Shown here piece after piece: positions 11,256 to 20,909 of a stretch of DNA of 64,000 bases (positions within the stretch are counted from its first letter, which is position 1; every line of letters starts with the position of its first letter). Position numbers and translations under genes: made by a program. This stretch comes from an uncultured Oscillospiraceae bacterium (GTDB lineage: Bacteria; Bacillota; Clostridia; Oscillospirales; Acutalibacteraceae). Under the pieces are notes generated by a model. The model searched no databases. It had not been told where the DNA came from and was given only the letters and a program-made list of their open reading frames with translations. Location of the stretch: NCBI GenBank assembly GCA_948471095.1, contig CAOKRG010000006.1, positions 1,795-65,794 on the forward strand. Direction: 5' to 3'.

Positions 11256-12175
11256 AGGTGGTTCTCAAAAAAACTGGCGGCGTTTTCAAAAAATATTTTT
11301 TCCGCCACCGTTTTGCCGAATTCCTGCCCGAACCGTTCCCGCAGCTCCGGTAGGCCTTCTAAGCCGGGAATAGGGAAGTCTTCCGGCGGCGCGCCGTCCC
11401 AGTCCGCGCCAAAGGCCAGGGTGTTTTCTCCGCCTTGGTTCAAAAAGTAATCCGCGTGGCGCAGCAGGTCGTCTACCGAGGCGCGGGCCGGATCATCGTT
11501 CAAAAAAGCCGTGTAGAGGTTCAGGCCTACCAGCCCGCCGGAGTCTCGAACAGCCTCAAACTGGCTGGCGGTCAGGTTGCGGGGATGGGAGCAGAGCGCC
11601 TGGGCATTGGAGTGGGTGGCAAAAACCGGCTTCCTCGCCAGCCGGACTGCGTCCCAGAACAGCTCGGGGCTGGCATGGGAAAGGTCGATAAAAATACCGT
11701 TCTCCTCCAAAGCTTGCACCGCCTGCCTGCCAAAATCCGTCAGCCCGCCGCTGCCGGGAGCCCGTACGCCCCGGCCCAGCTCATTTTCCCCGTTCCACGT
11801 TAAGGTACAAAGCTTTACGCCTCGCCTGACAAATTCCAACAGGTTTTCCACTTTTCCACCAAGAGCCGCCGCGTTTTCCACAGTCAGAATACCTTGACAG
11901 CCGCTAAAGGCCTCCGCCGCAGCAAACGCGGGATATTGGGCCATTCCCTCCGGGTTCCTTTCGATTTCCTGGGAAAACCGGTCCGCCACCGCGCAGAACC
12001 GGGCGAAGGCCGCTTCGCCATGCAGATGATCCGGCAGCCAGACCGCATAACACTGAACATAGGCTTCCCAGCCCTGAGTCCGGCGCAGATCCACTTGCAG
12101 GGAGTTCTCCGCCAAGCGGCAGTCTTTTTCCCAACATTCGGTGACGGTGTCGCAGTGCAGGTCAAAATAGCGCAT
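11252..12175 (-). CDS. Membrane dipeptidase (peptidase M19 family)
   Basis: DLHCD, LTWNGEN, IDLSH, ATHSN, HPRN, G.DWDG. Confidence 0.9.
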   Translation of the reverse strand: MRYFDLHCDTVTECWEKDCRLAENSLQVDLRRTQGWEAYVQCYAVWLPDHLHGEAAFARFCAVADRFSQEIERNPEGMAQYPAFAAAEAFSGCQGILTVENAAALGGKVENLLEFVRRGVKLCTLTWNGENELGRGVRAPGSGGLTDFGRQAVQALEENGIFIDLSHASPELFWDAVRLARKPVFATHSNAQALCSHPRNLTASQFEAVRDSGGLVGLNLYTAFLNDDPARASVDDLLRHADYFLNQGGENTLAFGADWDGAPPEDFPIPGLEGLPELRERFGQEFGKTVAEKIFFENAASFFENHL

Positions 12176-12187
12176 AGTTTCCCCCTT

Positions 12188-12541
12188 TTACGCCCCAAAG
12201 GCGTTTTCATAGTACTCCACTCCCAGAGGCTTTCCGCCCACTGTGGTGACTGCCGCCACATCAAAGCGGGGCTGAAGCGGGCTGGGATGCTGAAGCAGGT
12301 AGACTTGGGCGGTCAGCAGGAGTTTCTGTTGCTTCTGGGGCGTAACCGCTTCCAATGGCGCCACTAGGCTCCCGCTGCGGCGGGTCTTGACTTCTACAAA
12401 GACAATATATTTTCCATCCTCCGCAATGATGTCGGTCTCCCCATACCTGGAATGAAAATTTCTGGCAACGATGCGGTAGCCCCTGTTGGCCAGCCACTGA
12501 ACGGTATAATCTTCTCCCAGCTTACCGGTCCCCCCGCTCAT
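12188..12541 (-). CDS. yraN: YraN family (UPF0102) protein
   Basis: G.LGE, RNFHSRYGETDII, FVEVKTR, RFDV; follows rnhB. Confidence 0.92.
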   Translation of the reverse strand: MSGGTGKLGEDYTVQWLANRGYRIVARNFHSRYGETDIIAEDGKYIVFVEVKTRRSGSLVAPLEAVTPQKQQKLLLTAQVYLLQHPSPLQPRFDVAAVTTVGGKPLGVEYYENAFGA

Positions 12542-12571
12542 AGCAGCCTCCTCGAATCATTTCGCGCCGCG

Positions 12572-13177
12572 CTATTTTTGATCTAAATTCTTTAAAAAGC
12601 TCCGCCGGTGTTCCGGCAGCAGTCCATATTGTTTGATGGCCGCATAATGGGCCCTGGTACCATAACCCTTATGCTGGGCAAAACCGTACTCCGGGTGCTT
12701 TTGGTCCAACTCACGCAATGCCCGGTCCCTACTGACTTTTGCCAGCACGGAAGCCGCGGCAATGCAGGCGGCTTTTCCGTCTCCCTTTACCACCGTCTCT
12801 CCCGGAATAGGCAAAGGCGGCATACGGTTGCCGTCTACCAGGGCGAAGTCCGCCGGAATGGGCAGGGCTTCCACGGCCCGGGCCATAGCTAAAAAAGCAG
12901 CCTGCAATATGTTGATCTGGTCGATCTCACGTTCGCTGGCCCAGCCGATTCCATAGGCCTCGGCCTGGGCCGTAATCACGGGAAACAGGGCCTCCCGCTT
13001 CTTTTCGGTCAGCTTCTTGGAGTCGTTTAGGCCGTCGATTTTCACCCCATCCGGCAGAATCACCGCCGCCGCGCACACAGGGCCTGCCAGAGGGCCCCGC
13101 CCGGCCTCGTCAATGCCGCAGACCCGCAGGTAGCCCCGGGCCCGGGCTTCCCTCTGATGAAAAAACCAGTCCATCAT
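12572..13177 (-). CDS. rnhB: Ribonuclease HII
   Basis: [38 protein letters not shown]. Confidence 0.96.
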   Translation of the reverse strand: MMDWFFHQREARARGYLRVCGIDEAGRGPLAGPVCAAAVILPDGVKIDGLNDSKKLTEKKREALFPVITAQAEAYGIGWASEREIDQINILQAAFLAMARAVEALPIPADFALVDGNRMPPLPIPGETVVKGDGKAACIAAASVLAKVSRDRALRELDQKHPEYGFAQHKGYGTRAHYAAIKQYGLLPEHRRSFLKNLDQK

Positions 13178-14040
13178 GGCCACTCCAAAGTAATACGGCC
13201 CAGCTTGCCGCCCCGGAATTCATCCAGCACGGCCACAGCGGCCCGTTCTGTGTCGGTCTCCCCTCCGGAGACCAGCATGCCGCGCTTTCGGGCCACCAGC
13301 TCCAACAGCTCATGGCCGGGCATGCCAGCGGGAGGTTCGCCCAGCTTATACCGGTTAACCGCCGCCCGGGGATATAACGTCATAAGCAGCTCTAAAAGCC
13401 GGCCGGCCAGGCCTTCCAGGTCCAAGATCTCATCCTTCACCGCGCCTGTAAAGGCCAGGTGCTCCCCCACCTCCGGGTCCTCGAACTTGGGCCAGAGCAC
13501 CCCTGGAGTGTCCAGAAGCTCGAAGCCTTTGCCTACGGTGAACCAGCGGTTTTGGCGGGTAACGCCGGGCTTGTCTCGAACCTCGGCCTTGCCCGCGCCG
13601 CCGCCTAGGATCATCCGGTTGATAATGGACGACTTGCCCACGTTGGGTACGCCCAGCACCATGACCCGGATGGGCCGACCCGTCATGCCCTTCCGCTCCC
13701 AAGCGGCGGTCTGCTCCTTCAGCTCCCCACGGATGACTCCGTATAAAGCGGGAAGCCCCTTTCCGCTTTTGCTCTCCACCGGCACGGCGGCAAGGCCTTG
13801 GCCCTTCAGCCGCTGGACCCATTGGGCGGTTTTCCCGGCGTCGGCCAGGTCCGCCTTATTCAGCGCCACCACCCGGGGCTTGTTCCGGATGATCTCCCGC
13901 AGCACCGGATTGGCGCTGCTTCGGGGAATGCGCGCGTCCAAAAGCTCCACCACCAGGTCGATGAGCTTCAAATCTTCCGTAATCTTCCGTCTGGTCTTGG
14001 CCATATGCCCGGGAAACCAGTTGATGGGATTGCTGTCCAT
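13174..14040 (-). CDS. rbgA: Ribosome biogenesis GTPase RbgA/YlqF
   Basis: [28 protein letters not shown]. Confidence 0.96.
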   Translation of the reverse strand: MDSNPINWFPGHMAKTRRKITEDLKLIDLVVELLDARIPRSSANPVLREIIRNKPRVVALNKADLADAGKTAQWVQRLKGQGLAAVPVESKSGKGLPALYGVIRGELKEQTAAWERKGMTGRPIRVMVLGVPNVGKSSIINRMILGGGAGKAEVRDKPGVTRQNRWFTVGKGFELLDTPGVLWPKFEDPEVGEHLAFTGAVKDEILDLEGLAGRLLELLMTLYPRAAVNRYKLGEPPAGMPGHELLELVARKRGMLVSGGETDTERAAVAVLDEFRGGKLGRITLEWP

Positions 14041-14076
14041 AACGCCAGCCCTCCTGACTCAGGTTATGATAATGCC

Positions 14077-14670
14077 TCAGCCCACGAACCCGGCCTTGGA
14101 GAAGGGCATCAAATTAAAGACGACCCGGCCCAAAATGTTCCGCCGGTCCACCATGCCTACCTCCACGTACCGGCTGTCCGTGGAATGCATCCGGTTGTCT
14201 CCCAGCACAAAGACGCAGCCCTCCGGCACCTGCTGGGGGAATTCCATCACCTGCCCCGGACGGTCCGGCAAAAAGGTGATTCCGTTTTCAATGCCGAATT
14301 CCTCGCCCTTGAGAGGCAGTCCGTCCACCAGCAGCTCGCCGGACTGCTGATCAAAGTCTACGGTCTGACCCTCCGTGGCCACCACCCGCTTGATGATGGT
14401 CTCCTGCAGGGCATGGACCACAATGACCACGTCGCCCTGCCGGGCCTCCCCCGCCAGCTTGGTGACCAGCACCCGGTCGCCGTCAAAATAGGTGGGCTCC
14501 ATGGATATGCCCTCCACCGTGATAACCCGCGCCGCGAAGGTGAACACCATGGTCACCGCCACAAAAGCCACCACAATGGTTTCCATCCACTCCATGCACC
14601 ATTCGGCAAACGTGGCCCTCGTCTTTTCAGGGGGCTGCTTTTCTTCCGCCAAAACCCTCTCTTCGTCCAT
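14077..14670 (-). CDS. lepB: Signal peptidase I (copy 1)
   Basis: TM anchor, SMEPT (Ser), IIKRVVA (Lys), GDNR..S.DSR. Confidence 0.93.
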   Translation of the reverse strand: MDEERVLAEEKQPPEKTRATFAEWCMEWMETIVVAFVAVTMVFTFAARVITVEGISMEPTYFDGDRVLVTKLAGEARQGDVVIVVHALQETIIKRVVATEGQTVDFDQQSGELLVDGLPLKGEEFGIENGITFLPDRPGQVMEFPQQVPEGCVFVLGDNRMHSTDSRYVEVGMVDRRNILGRVVFNLMPFSKAGFVG

Positions 14671-14694
14671 ATGAACGCCTCCTTTCTGAAACCT

Positions 14695-15267
14695 TTATGT
14701 CACTGGCCCAAAGCTTTCCGCCGGTGAGAGCCGGAACACCGCCCGGCCCAAAATATGCCGCTCGTCCACCATGCCCACCGCCCGGAACCGGCTGTCTTCA
14801 GACACCGGCCGGTTGTCGCCCAACACAAAGACACAGCCGGGCGGCACGGTCTGGGGAAATTCCATCCGGTCCGGCGAACCGTAGGGCAGATAGGTGCGGC
14901 CGTTTTCCAAACCGAATTTCGTATCGTCTACCGGCCGGCCATCGACCAGGACCACTCCGGCGGCATCGTCAAAACGGACGGTCTGGCCCGCCGTGGCGAT
15001 GACCCGCTTGAGGATGGGCTCTTCCAGCACATTGAGTATGACCACCACATCCCCCCGCCGGGGCCCGCCCCAGCAGCCTGCCACCAGCAGCCGGTCCTGG
15101 TCCCGGTAATTGGGCTCCATTGAAGTCCCGCTGACCGTGACCACCCGAACCACAAAGGTAAACGCTACCGCGATAAACACCACGGCCGCCGTCAACTCCT
15201 CCAGCCATTCCAGTACGGCGGCGGCCCGGCCCGGCGGGAGCAGCTTCTCTTTTTCAGGAGTTTTCAT
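14695..15267 (-). CDS. lepB: Signal peptidase I (copy 2)
   Basis: SMEPN, ILKRVIA, GDNRPVSEDSR; start placed at MKTPEK downstream of the rplS terminator. Confidence 0.9.
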   Translation of the reverse strand: MKTPEKEKLLPPGRAAAVLEWLEELTAAVVFIAVAFTFVVRVVTVSGTSMEPNYRDQDRLLVAGCWGGPRRGDVVVILNVLEEPILKRVIATAGQTVRFDDAAGVVLVDGRPVDDTKFGLENGRTYLPYGSPDRMEFPQTVPPGCVFVLGDNRPVSEDSRFRAVGMVDERHILGRAVFRLSPAESFGPVT

Positions 15268-15287
15268 AACCGCTCCATCCGAATAAC

Positions 15288-15313
15288 AGAAAAAGGGACG
15301 CAATGTCCCTTCT
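15288..15313 (-). terminator. Intrinsic terminator after rplS
   Basis: Minus: AAGGGAC-ATTGC-GTCCCTT-TTT. Confidence 0.6.
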
Positions 15314-15330
15314 CCCCGTGTGAATTATGA

Positions 15331-15675
15331 TTACCGGATCTGCTCCTTAACCTTGGCGGCCTTGCCAACCCGGTCGCGGAGATAGTACAGCTTGGCCCGG
15401 CGGACCCGGCCCTGACGGACTACCTTGACGGCCTTAACGTTTGGGGAGTGCAAGGGGAAAACCCTTTCTACGCCAACGCCATAGGAGACCCGGCGCACGG
15501 TGAAGGTCTCGCTGACACCGCTGCCCTTGCGGGCGATGACGGTGCCCTCGAACTGCTGAATGCGCTCGCGCTCGCCTTCCCGGATGTTTACGTCCACCCG
15601 GATGGTGTCGCCGATGTTGAACTGAGGGGCTTCCTCTTTCAGAGAGCTCTGGGAAATAAGTTTGATCGCGTCCAT
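15331..15675 (-). CDS. rplS: 50S ribosomal protein L19
   Basis: [40 protein letters not shown]. Confidence 0.98.
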   Translation of the reverse strand: MDAIKLISQSSLKEEAPQFNIGDTIRVDVNIREGERERIQQFEGTVIARKGSGVSETFTVRRVSYGVGVERVFPLHSPNVKAVKVVRQGRVRRAKLYYLRDRVGKAAKVKEQIR

Positions 15676-15701
15676 TTGATATTCCTCCATATGAAAATGT
15701 C

Positions 15702-15733
15702 AGGCATTCATGCCAAACGGCAGCGGACTGCCC
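15702..15733 (-). ncRNA. L19 leader (ribosomal protein autoregulatory RNA)
   Basis: Minus: GGGCAGUCCGCUGCC-GUUU-GGCAUGAAUGCCU, the UCCGCUG...AUGAA hairpin pattern of Firmicutes L19 leaders, just upstream of the rplS RBS. Confidence 0.75.
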
Positions 15734-15816
15734 GCTTCCGGCGGGTCTCCCCGCGCTGTGAACCCCACGGGCAAGCCAAATGCCGAGAAAGCCCGCGGAA
15801 CCTCAAATGCTTTGCT

Positions 15817-15845
15817 ATTATACCACAACCGCTAGTAAAAGGCAA
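15817..15845 (-). promoter_or_regulatory. sigmaA promoter for rplS
   Basis: TTGCCT-N17-TATAAT with TG extension. Confidence 0.7.
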
Positions 15846-15852
15846 GAATTTT

Positions 15853-16512
15853 TTACCGTATATCGGAAAAATCTTTTTTCAGCAGCTTCGTGCGGGTAAT
15901 CTCAACATAGGGCCGCAGATTTTTGTGCTCGCTCAAGGCCTCCAGCAGCAGGCTGGGATTTACGCTGCCCTGTAGGCCGCAGGGCAGAACCGCCCGCAGG
16001 GCCAGCCAGCCAGGCATAGCTTTATGCTCCATTTGGGTAAAGTGGGGCTTGATATCCACCTCCTTCTCCCCTTTTTTCGTGTGCTTTTTCACCAGCACCG
16101 CGTCCTGGGCCAGCAGTTCTTGGATGGCCAGCCATAGGCACTCCGGCGCTTCGGACTCCAGGCGCAGCTCATAGTCCCCGTAGGCGATCGCGTCAAACGG
16201 ATCTTCCGGCACGGCGGCGGAAAGCACGGAGATATCCTGGGGAAGGTAATGGCGCAGCTTTTCGGCCGCCTCTTCCAAGCCGGCCTCTTCCGTCAGCCGG
16301 ATGTCCATACACTCCCGCAGGCCGCTGACGCCCAAAGAGAGGGGCATGCTGAAGGTCATGTAGATATGGGGGTTAAACCCCTCGGTGTACCACACGGGCA
16401 GGCCGGACAGCTTCAGCGCCCGGGCCATGCAGCGGGTCAGGTCCAGGTGGGAGATATACTTGGCCGCGCCGGTTTTTTGAAACCAAATCCGAACATTTTT
16501 AACGTCCCCCAA
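15853..16512 (-). CDS. Radical SAM-linked protein (TIGR03936/DUF2344-like)
   Basis: RIWFQKTGAAKYISHLDL, YTEGFNPH, PLSLG; TTG start after AAAGGGGG; adjacent to TIGR03960-type gene. Confidence 0.88.
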   Translation of the reverse strand: MGDVKNVRIWFQKTGAAKYISHLDLTRCMARALKLSGLPVWYTEGFNPHIYMTFSMPLSLGVSGLRECMDIRLTEEAGLEEAAEKLRHYLPQDISVLSAAVPEDPFDAIAYGDYELRLESEAPECLWLAIQELLAQDAVLVKKHTKKGEKEVDIKPHFTQMEHKAMPGWLALRAVLPCGLQGSVNPSLLLEALSEHKNLRPYVEITRTKLLKKDFSDIR

Positions 16513-18349
16513 CGCAAATCCCCCCTTTAAAGCAGCCGGCCCCGCAGCCGGAGCATTTTTCCCGGCAGTTGGGCGTGGTTTTGGCCGCATAGGCCCGCCT
16601 GCATTCTTCCATCAAGAATCCCTTGGTCACGCCATAATCCAAGTGGTCCCAAGGGAAGACCTCGTCAAATCCCCGCTGGCGGCTGGCGTAAAAGGCCGGG
16701 TCCAGGCCGCAGGCGGCAAAGGCTTCCATCCACTTGTCAAAGTCGAAGCATTCGTCCCAGCCGTCCATACGCAAGCCGTACTCCACCGCCTTTTCCAGCA
16801 CGGCGCATAGCCGCCGGTCGCCCCGGGCAAAGGCCGCTTCCAAAAAGCTGGTCTCCGCTCCATGGTAGCTGACGCTGACCCGCCGGGAGGGGTTCTTGCT
16901 TTTCAGCTCCCGCTGCTTTTCCCGCAAAACCTCCATTGTGTCCTGCCCAAACCATTGGAATGGGGTAAAGGGTTTGGGCACAAAGGCCGCCGCGCTGAGG
17001 GAAACCTCCACGGCTTTGCCCTTTGGCTTGTCCTTGCACTGGTAAAAGGCGTCCACCACGTCCTGGCCCAGGCTCAAAATGGCCAGCACGTCCTCCATGG
17101 TCTCCGTGGGCAGGCCGATCATGAAATAGAGCTTGATGCGGGTCCAGCCCTCCCGGAAGGCCACGGTGACGGTGCGCATCAGTTCCTCCTGGGTGACGTT
17201 CTTGTTAATTACGTCCCGCAGGCGCTGGGAGCCCGCCTCCGGGGCGAAAGTCAGGCCAGACTTGCGCACGGAGTTCACCCGGGCCATGAGCTCGGGCGAG
17301 AAATTGTCCACCCGCAGGGAGGGCAGGGAGAGACTGACCTTCTGTTGCTCAGTCCAGGTGTGGAGCCGGTCCAGCAGCTCGTTTAGGCGGCTGTAGTCGC
17401 TGGTGCTTAACGAGGAAAGGGAAATCTCATCGTACCCGGTGGAGGCGCAGAGGTCCCGGCACTGGCGGTCGATGGTCTCAATGCTCTTCTCCCGGAAGGG
17501 CCGGTAGAGAAAGCCCGCCTGGCAGAAGCGGCAGCCCCGGATGCAGCCCCGCAATACCTCTACGGAGACTCGGTCGTGGACCACCTCGATCATGGGCACG
17601 GGGAAGGAATCCGGGAAGTAGGCGGAGTCCATGTCGTTGATGGAGCATTTGCGGACAGTGGCCGGAACGCCCTCCTTGGGGGTATAAGATTTTACCGTTC
17701 CGTCCGGATGGTAGTCCACATCGTAAAGGCTGGGCACATACACCCCTTGAATCTGGCTGGCGCGGCGCAGGAACTCCCCCTTGGAGGCCCCCTCCTTCTT
17801 GCACTGGCGGTATAGCTCCATCACCTCCAGATCCACCTCTTCCCCGTCCCCTAAAAAGAACAGGTCGAAAAAATCCGCCAGGGGCTCCGGGTTGCAGGCG
17901 CAGGGGCCGCCGGCTACCACGATGTTGAACAGCTCCGTCCGGTCCGCGCTGCGCAGGGGAATGCCGGCCAGCTTGAGCATATTGAGAATGTTGGTGTAGC
18001 TCAATTCATATTGCAGGGTAAAGCCGATGAAGTCGAAGTCCTTCACCGGGTCGCCGCTTTCCAGGGCATAGAGGGACACGCCCCGGGCGGTCATTTCCGC
18101 CTCCATGTCCACCCAGGGGGCGAAGACCCGCTCACACCAAAAGTAGGGCACCCGGTTAAAGGCTCCGTACAATATTTTAATGCCCATATGGGACATGCCG
18201 ATCTCGTAAATGTCTGGAAAGCAGAAAGCAAACCGGACCTCTACGTCTTTTTTATCCTTCACCACCGAAAGCGCCTCGCCGCCCACATAGCGGCCGGGCT
18301 TCTGCACCTTCAGCAGCGCGCGCTCCAATTCCTCTGGATACATTTTCAT
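16499..18349 (-). CDS. TIGR03960-family B12-binding radical SAM protein
   Basis: VQKPGRYVGGE, FPDIYEIGMSH, CIRGCRFC (CxxxCxxC), C-terminal C..CSGCG.C. Confidence 0.92.
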   Translation of the reverse strand: MKMYPEELERALLKVQKPGRYVGGEALSVVKDKKDVEVRFAFCFPDIYEIGMSHMGIKILYGAFNRVPYFWCERVFAPWVDMEAEMTARGVSLYALESGDPVKDFDFIGFTLQYELSYTNILNMLKLAGIPLRSADRTELFNIVVAGGPCACNPEPLADFFDLFFLGDGEEVDLEVMELYRQCKKEGASKGEFLRRASQIQGVYVPSLYDVDYHPDGTVKSYTPKEGVPATVRKCSINDMDSAYFPDSFPVPMIEVVHDRVSVEVLRGCIRGCRFCQAGFLYRPFREKSIETIDRQCRDLCASTGYDEISLSSLSTSDYSRLNELLDRLHTWTEQQKVSLSLPSLRVDNFSPELMARVNSVRKSGLTFAPEAGSQRLRDVINKNVTQEELMRTVTVAFREGWTRIKLYFMIGLPTETMEDVLAILSLGQDVVDAFYQCKDKPKGKAVEVSLSAAAFVPKPFTPFQWFGQDTMEVLREKQRELKSKNPSRRVSVSYHGAETSFLEAAFARGDRRLCAVLEKAVEYGLRMDGWDECFDFDKWMEAFAACGLDPAFYASRQRGFDEVFPWDHLDYGVTKGFLMEECRRAYAAKTTPNCREKCSGCGAGCFKGGICVGGR

Positions 18350-18404
18350 CCCTTTTTCTTTTCGTATTTCCCCCATCGTGTTCAGGGATTTTTCCTTGCA
18401 CCCC

Positions 18405-18433
18405 ATTATAGCCTGTTTCCCGTTTTTTTGCAA
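18405..18433 (-). promoter_or_regulatory. sigmaA promoter for radical SAM operon
   Basis: TTGCAA-N17-TATAAT. Confidence 0.7.
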
Positions 18434-18437
18434 GTGC

Positions 18438-19043
18438 CTATGCCTGGGCGTCGTCCTTTCCTAACACCAAGTAGAGCATCAGATACAGGCTGAGCGCCAG
18501 CAGGGAATAATTGTACCGGGTGCGCAGCAAAACCAAAAATCCTAGCAAGGCCAAGGGGAACACGCACAAAGCCGAAGTAATCCGGCTAATCTGTTCCGCC
18601 CGCTCCGCCCCGAAAAAATCCCGCAGCAGGTAACGCAGGGCAAGCCCTCCGTCCAGGGGCTCCACGGGCAGGCTGTGGAGGAGGCCTAACGCAAGGTTTG
18701 CCCTGGCAAAGGGATGGCCCGCCCAGCCCAAAGCCGCCAAGGCTAAAAACGCCAGCAGATTGACGCCTGGGCCGGCTAAGGAGACCAGGCTCTGGGCCCG
18801 GTCCGGCAGGGGGCGGTTCCGGCCGGGCTCCACCCGGCATCCCAAAGCGGAAAGCGCCACCCGCTCCGGCGGGGCCCCCAGCCCCCACATGGCCCCCAGG
18901 TGGGCGGCTTCGTGAAGGGCCGCCGCTCCTAAAAAAGACGCGCCGCCGTCCATCCCTGTAAAGATACAGCAGAAGGCCAGCAGCGCGAAGCAGGAAAAGC
19001 GCACCTCCACCCGGCAGCGCCTCCAAACAAGAGTAAACATCAA
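18438..19043 (-). CDS. Site-2 protease (M50), SpoIVFB-like
   Basis: HEAAH (HExxH), SLAGPGVN, LPVEPLDGG; multi-TM; no CBS domain; sporulation context. Confidence 0.8.
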   Translation of the reverse strand: MMFTLVWRRCRVEVRFSCFALLAFCCIFTGMDGGASFLGAAALHEAAHLGAMWGLGAPPERVALSALGCRVEPGRNRPLPDRAQSLVSLAGPGVNLLAFLALAALGWAGHPFARANLALGLLHSLPVEPLDGGLALRYLLRDFFGAERAEQISRITSALCVFPLALLGFLVLLRTRYNYSLLALSLYLMLYLVLGKDDAQA

Positions 19044-19390
19044 AGCGGCTCCGGCGGCGTACTCTCCGGGGGCGGGCCGGAGGGCGCCGGGCTGGCGGAA
19101 GCTTCCGGGGACGGGCTAGGCGCGGGCGTGCCCAGTACAATTTGGGGCAGCTCGATCTCCTGCGCCATTTCCCGCTGGTACCATCCGGCCGCTTCCTGAT
19201 ATTGCTCCGGATTGGCAAACTTCCAGTAAACCAACAGGAGCAGAGCCAACCCGCATAGCGCCGCCTGGAAGAGCAGCGCGCCGCTCCAGCCGCCGCCACG
19301 CTCCTGCTCTTCCTCCCACGGCTCCTCTTCCTGGTCCCCGTCCTGGCCCAGGGCGTCGATCTCCCGCAGTTCCTCTGGGTCCCGCATCAC
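19040..19390 (-). CDS. Single-TM protein, possible truncated SpoIVFA-like
   Basis: Acidic N-terminus, one TM helix, amphipathic helix, Pro-rich tail; overlaps spoIVA stop and M50 start. Confidence 0.6.
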   Translation of the reverse strand: MMRDPEELREIDALGQDGDQEEEPWEEEQERGGGWSGALLFQAALCGLALLLLVYWKFANPEQYQEAAGWYQREMAQEIELPQIVLGTPAPSPSPEASASPAPSGPPPESTPPEPL

Positions 19391-20862
19391 AGTATAATGC
19401 AGATCAGGCCGCTGCAGCCGTCGTTGATGATGCGCTCAATGGTCTCCCGAACCTTTTCACGGGCGTCGTTGGGCATACGGTACAGCTTGTTATGCATACC
19501 CTCGTTGACCAAGGAGTGCAGGGACTTGCCGAAGATATTGGACTCCCAGATCTTGACCGGGTTTTCCTCAAATTCCTTGAGCAGATAGAGCACCAGCTCC
19601 TCCGACTGCTGCTCCGAGCCCACGATGGGGGTAATCTCCGTGTTGATCTGGGTGCGCAGCATGTGGATGGAAGGGGCCGTGGCCTTGAGCCGGATGCCGT
19701 ATTTGCCGTTCTGTTTGAGAATCTGCGGCTCTTCCAAGGTCAGCTCCTCCACGTCGGGCATGACGATTCCATAGCCGGTTTCCAACACGTCGTCGTAGGC
19801 CTGGCGCAGCTTTTGGAAAGTCTTCTTGATCTGGGTCATCTCAATCAGCTGGGTCAGCAGCTCCGACTCGCCGCTGATCTCCAACTCAGTCTTCTCGCTG
19901 AGAATCCGGTAGAACAGGGACTGGTCAAAGATCAGCTCCGCCTGGGCCCGGCCGCTGCCCAGGTCGATCTGCTTGCTGTGGACGCTCTGGACAGGCTCGC
20001 ACTCCCGCATCCGGTCCAGCATGGATTTAACCTCCCGCATCCGGCTGATGTGGCAGCAGTCCTTTACCGTGCCGAATACCGAGGCGTAGAGCCAGTGGGT
20101 GGGCTCTAAGGAGGCCACCCAGCCGGGCACGGACAGCTCCACCTCACGCACAGGGAACTGGTACAGCAGGCTGGCGATGATGTTCTTGATGCCATCCTCT
20201 GTAATGTCGATGCAGTTAACCGGCAGGACCGGTACGCCGTACCGCTCCCCCAGCTGCCCAGCCAAGGCCCTGGCCTCCGGACTCCCAGGGTCCACGCAGT
20301 TGAGCAGCACCACATAGGGCCGGTTGGTCTGGTTCAGCTCCTCGATGACCCGTTCCTCCGCCTCGGCGTACTCTTCCCGGGGAATGTCGCTGATGCTGCC
20401 GTCCGTGGTAATCACCAGGCCGATGGTGGAGTGCTCGGTAATGACCTTCTTGGTGCCGATCTCCGCCGCCATATTGAAGGGAATCGGCTCCTCAAACCAG
20501 GGGGTGCGGACCATGCGGGGCTGGTCCTCTTCAATGTAGCCAATGGCGCTGGGGACGATGTAGCCCACGCAGTCAATCATCCGCACGTTGAACATGGCGT
20601 CGTTGTCAATCTCTACCGATACCGCCTGTTCCGGAATAAACTTGGGCTCCGTGGTCATAATGGTGCGCCCCGCGGAGGATTGGGGCAGCTCGTCGACCGC
20701 CCGGTCCCGCTGCAGGCCGTCCGGAATGTTGGGTATGACCACCGTGTCCATGAATTTCTTGATAAAGGTGGACTTGCCGGTGCGCACGGGCCCCACCACG
20801 CCGATGTAGATCTCTCCGCCGGTGCGGTCCTGAATGTCCTTATATACGTTGAAGTCTTCCAT
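19387..20862 (-). CDS. spoIVA: Stage IV sporulation protein A
   Basis: DIQDRTGGEIYIGVVGPVRTGKSTFIKKF, MTTEPKF, C-terminal GLICIIL. Confidence 0.98.
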   Translation of the reverse strand: MEDFNVYKDIQDRTGGEIYIGVVGPVRTGKSTFIKKFMDTVVIPNIPDGLQRDRAVDELPQSSAGRTIMTTEPKFIPEQAVSVEIDNDAMFNVRMIDCVGYIVPSAIGYIEEDQPRMVRTPWFEEPIPFNMAAEIGTKKVITEHSTIGLVITTDGSISDIPREEYAEAEERVIEELNQTNRPYVVLLNCVDPGSPEARALAGQLGERYGVPVLPVNCIDITEDGIKNIIASLLYQFPVREVELSVPGWVASLEPTHWLYASVFGTVKDCCHISRMREVKSMLDRMRECEPVQSVHSKQIDLGSGRAQAELIFDQSLFYRILSEKTELEISGESELLTQLIEMTQIKKTFQKLRQAYDDVLETGYGIVMPDVEELTLEEPQILKQNGKYGIRLKATAPSIHMLRTQINTEITPIVGSEQQSEELVLYLLKEFEENPVKIWESNIFGKSLHSLVNEGMHNKLYRMPNDAREKVRETIERIINDGCSGLICIIL

Positions 20863-20909
20863 ATTCCTACCTCTCTGTGATATGTAGTATCGTTGGCGGG
20901 TCCCGCGCC

